Below are positions 59,801 to 64,000 of a stretch of 64,000 bases of DNA, one piece after another. This DNA comes from Eledone cirrhosa (taxonomy: Eukaryota): assembly GCA_964016885.1 (NCBI GenBank), contig OZ024743.1:155558001-155622000 (forward strand), read 5' to 3'. Under the pieces are notes generated by a model, which was not told the origin of the DNA, searched no databases, and was given only the letters and a program-made list of their open reading frames with translations. Numbering within the stretch: position 1 is the stretch's first letter; the number at the start of each line of letters is the position of its first letter. Both the position numbers and the translations under genes were made by a program.

Positions 59801-60029
59801 GATTGAGCGAATATTTGCCCGAGGATTGTAAGCTCTTGAGTGGTAATAGGACAGTGTGTGTATGTGCACGCGCTAGTTTCTCGATGTTCTTAAATTAGCG
59901 TGTGCCACTGTTTTAAGTTAGAGACATATATGTGTGTATCCCTTTCCTTCCTTTTACACACACATACATTCACACTAACACACATACACATTGTAGGATG
60001 GACGGGTGGACAGAAGTCCCTCAAATTTA

Positions 60030-60600
60030 TATACATGTGAATGGAGTTCCACTGAAGCAGGTGGAGAGGTTCAGGTATCTTGTTTGACGGAATGTAGGAG
60101 GCCGAAGTAAGTGCAATAATTGCAAAAGCTGATGCATTAATGCGCCAGCCTCAGCATTAAGCAATTAGAAAAAGGGGTAGCTGTAACCCAAACTAGCTGT
60201 CTTCCTGGTATTGCTGCCAACACTTTCTGAGGATCATGGAACTTCAGTAATGACCAAAGGATACAATTGCAAATAAAAGCGGCAGAAATGTGATTCCTCC
60301 GAAGGGTTTTGGAGTAACGTTACTCGATAAAGTGCATAGCTCACAGACTAGAGAGTCACTCCTGGTAGAGCCGCTAATTCTCCGATTGAGAGATCACATC
60401 TCCGATATTATGAGAATGCGGTTAGAATGTTTCAGTGAAGAATCACTGGACACATTTTACAGTCAAAACCAACCGACAAGAGAACCAGATGTAGACGCTG
60501 AACAAGATAGTTGGATAATATCCATGAGCTTGGCAGGTCACGCTTTGGGATCCAACTGTATCAATTAGATATGTTTGCTTCTGACAGACTCACAGGAAGG
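60030..60600 (+). mobile_element. RTE-clade LINE 3' fragment
   Basis: LKQVERFRYL, IKAAEM*FLRRV, GVTLLDKVHSSQTRESLLVEPL. Confidence 0.7.
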
Positions 60601-61321
60601 AGTGTTTGAGAAGGACTCTGCCCCCACGACCCTCTCAGATATGAGTGGGCCGAAGAATAAGATATTTTCAATTTACTTTTCAATTTACATATATATATAT
60701 TTGCGTATAATACCAATATGCAAACTACATATGCTAGCAGAATATCGCCGGAAGTTAATAAAAACAGAACATACAATATTGAACTGTGTCACAGATGATT
60801 TCCATATGTCCGTATAACCCTGAACCCTACTGCGCAAACCTCACAGACAATTGTTTTCATTTTCCTTCTAAAGTTGGAAATAAACTTTACCAGAATCATT
60901 GAATTTTCAGAGATATTATATATTCATCCAGACCTACATGATCATGCTGAAAAATCACTTCTAAGATGAACATATTAATATATGTATATGCCTCTGAATG
61001 TACAATTTGTTCAGAATATCAGTCTAGCTTCATTTATATAATAATGAAATGCTCAATCTGTCTTCAGCACTCTAGTCTAGCGAGTCTCTTACATAATTGT
61101 GGCTGCTCATTTTTTATTGCAAAAAGAAAACTTACGCATTATAAGATAGATGCACTATGACATACTATATCACACAAATAAGCCTTACATTTGAAGCAGT
61201 AGATCACCAAATTTAAGTTTGCAAGGGCGGAACCACTACTAACTCGTCTTATGCACTTGCTTCATAGATGTTTTCTGGATCCTCACTTAGAACTAGATAG
61301 AAAAATGAATTATTCTGTATA

Positions 61322-61372
<51 letters not shown>

Positions 61373-61377
<5 letters not shown>

Positions 61378-64000
61378 TAAAAGGAAAAGAAAATGCTTGG
61401 GAGTGCCTATTTTAATCTATATTTGACCAATTGAACAATCGACAGGTCTCGTCGTTTGGTGTAGTAGTATTAATACAGATATAAAGTGTCAAGTAAGGAA
61501 GAGAGAGATTTCCCTGCTACTGTATAACAACAATGCTGGTAGCCTACTGGTATATGCATTAGGGAATTGAATTAAGAAATCTCATTTCATCTATAGCAGC
61601 TTATATTAAATGGTAAAGAATACAATAGTTGATAGAATTAAGAATAGTAGAGAATGTTAATATGTATTTTGACAATCAAACGAAATGGAGACAGGCGTTC
61701 AATCCTGGTAGCTTTTGTAATATGAAAATGTAGATTTCAAACGATGGTTACAGTATGACGATCGCTCTATTCTGTTATTTAATAAAATATTTTTGGATTT
61801 CATAATACAAAATATTTCCATATAACACAATTTACAAAATTCCTGTCCTTGGTATGCAGGGTCAACACTATTATATCACATTTTAGGTTAAATTGTTGGT
61901 TATTTTCGCGCAACTGCCAAGCCTTGTCTGCGAGTGTTGTTACATAACGCTGGTTTTCATGTTTTATCGAGTAACGATGTCTATAAAGGCGATATTTGAA
62001 GGTGGTAGCTGAAGACCCCATATAGTACCACTTCTGACTACCTGATTCGATAGTATATTGGTATATGATGTTGCGTTCAAGACACTGATTGTTCAACGGA
62101 CACATTCCTGGTTGGACACAGTTTCAGTTATAATTATGCGTTATTCTATTACCATGGATGGGTTGATGAGGTTGATTAGGCAGGACGGGATGTTGTTTGT
62201 TGTTTTGTGATGTTATAGCCGATGTTTTACGTGTATTGTTATGTGTTGGAAGGCGTTTATACAACCGTGTTGCGTTAAGCTTTATATGTTGTTCAATATT
62301 AGGGGCGGTTGAATATGAAAGTCGAATAGTGTTAGGTTTTAAGATTTTATTATATTTATGTGATGTTGGAAAATGTTTTTTAACTAATCGAAAGAATTGT
62401 GAGGATAGATTGGTTTTAATAGAGTTGTTATAGACCGTGCTGTTCCATATACACTCTTTACATCGCCTTCTCTTCGGTGGTGTGCGACTATTAGTGTGTC
62501 TATTGCGGTAGTGTATGTATGGTGGGGAATCTATGCTATGTCTACCCCTATGAGATTTATTTGGGGTGTTTCGGTGATCGTCGACTATATACTCTATATT
62601 ATCTAGGTGTCCATCATTTCTATGTGTATCATCATAATATTCGGCATGTTCTTTTAAGGTTTGCTAGATGGGTGTTAGGCGGGTGATTCTAAGGGAAATA
62701 TTTCTAGGGATGGATTTAATTATAGAGGGTGGATGGTTAGAAGCCGTATTTACATATTTAAGGTTCTCATTTAGTTTATGGAACGGTTTAATCGTTTCTG
62801 TATTGAGATTAAAAGTAACATCAAGGAAATTAATCTCTTTGAGGTTATATTCAAATGTAATATTTAATCCTAGTTCCTTAAAAAAGCTTTCTAATATTTG
62901 TACGCATCCTTTCTAAATTCTGGTTATTCATATGCTTAACTAATAGGAGCGCATCGTCACGGTAGAGTCCACCGTGGAGATCCTTGAATTTTCCTTGTAG
63001 TATGTGGGTGATATAAATTCCCACAAGATCAGTTACTTCCGCCTAATCTTGATATAAAAATGGAACCCATTGTTATATCAAGATTAGAAAGTCTATCTTT
63101 GCGAACCCAGTAGCTATCATCAAATTTAACAATGTTTTCCTCGCTTCCATAATAATAATAATTTCATCATCCGTAAGGTCGGAGTTAGCCTTAGCGAACG
63201 AAAGGGCTTCATGCAGAGTATCAGATGAGATTGAGGAATAATACTCATCAATATCGAACTGGATACATTTTGATTTCTTCTTATCAGTAATGCTATTAAA
63301 CCATCTTATTGCCTCATGGGTGTTACCCCATAGTTTAATATCTACTTTAGCCTTAACTTGGGGGATAATTATGTCTAATATATATATGCTAATTTTGCCT
63401 GTATTATATTTGGAGGGGCATATAAGTCTAATTTTAGGGTCAGTATCGACGTCTACCTTATGGTCCTTCATGTTGTAGTATGGTGTAGCTGGTGTTAAGT
63501 GTTGCGTTCTATCGTCAATACAAAGTTTTTTAACAGTTTCACATGCTGAGTTGTTGATGTTTCTAAGTGTAGCTTCATTATTTTTCTTGTATTTTTTATG
63601 CAATTACTTACGGATAAAGTTATTGTAAGTGTCCACATCCATGGTATATACGTTTGATGTTTTGCCTGCTCTAACACTAATTCCATTAGCGTTTTTTAGA
63701 TTATTGAGCAGTGCCGTGATGTCATTATGTAGTTCATTGTTTTTCCGGTTTGTAAATTTGATCTCCATGATCGTATCCATTAGGTCCTGTTCAAATGCAT
63801 CAAAAAGTGGGTTTGATAAAACATCAAAACCAGCGTTATGCAACAACACTCTTAGACACAGCTTGGCAGCTGCGCGAAAATAACCAACAATTTAACCTAA
63901 AATGGGATATAATAGTGATTGACCCTGCATATTTCCAAGGACAGGAATTTTGTAAATTGTGTAATATGGAAATATTTTGTATTATGAAATCCAAAAATAT
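61373..64000. mobile_element. Palindromic PLE, family F (Hydra-clade-like); right arm runs off the window
   Basis: Left arm on - (MKDHK, RLICPSK, QFDIDEYYSSI, GGLYRDD, CPLNNQC..IIY..YMGS). From about 63814 the sequence is the reverse complement of about 61790-61970. Confidence 0.88.

Noticed and set aside
61435-61600. HHR in family F pLTR
   Set aside because: Only degenerate pieces (GAGACCTGTC; TAGATGA) on the minus strand; I could not fold them convincingly.

Overview
AT-rich eukaryotic DNA, almost entirely repeats, with no recognisable host gene. The tRNA-derived SINE looks like octopod cephalopod SINEs, so the source may be an octopod (inference only). The window is dominated by Penelope-like retroelements (PLEs: RT plus C-terminal GIY-YIG endonuclease) of at least five coding families, nearly all bounded by (TA)n tracts. 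Most are tail-out palindromes: two arms with 5' ends joined in the middle and 3' pseudo-LTRs (pLTRs) facing outward. By hand I can fold type I hammerhead ribozyme (HHR) motifs, complete, partial or degenerate, in about ten unrelated pLTR families. One is canonical (45272-45309); many carry non-canonical core or stem II variants. Several small non-coding units consist only of HHR-bearing pLTRs, either as inverted pairs or as a ~522-nt unit with a terminal direct repeat, and look like a non-autonomous, retrozyme-like class. Also present: a decayed L1/Tx1 LINE, a non-autonomous Helitron, and mariner, CRE and RTE fragments, SINEs, MITE-like hairpins and microsatellites. All alignments and folds were done by eye, and boundaries are approximate.
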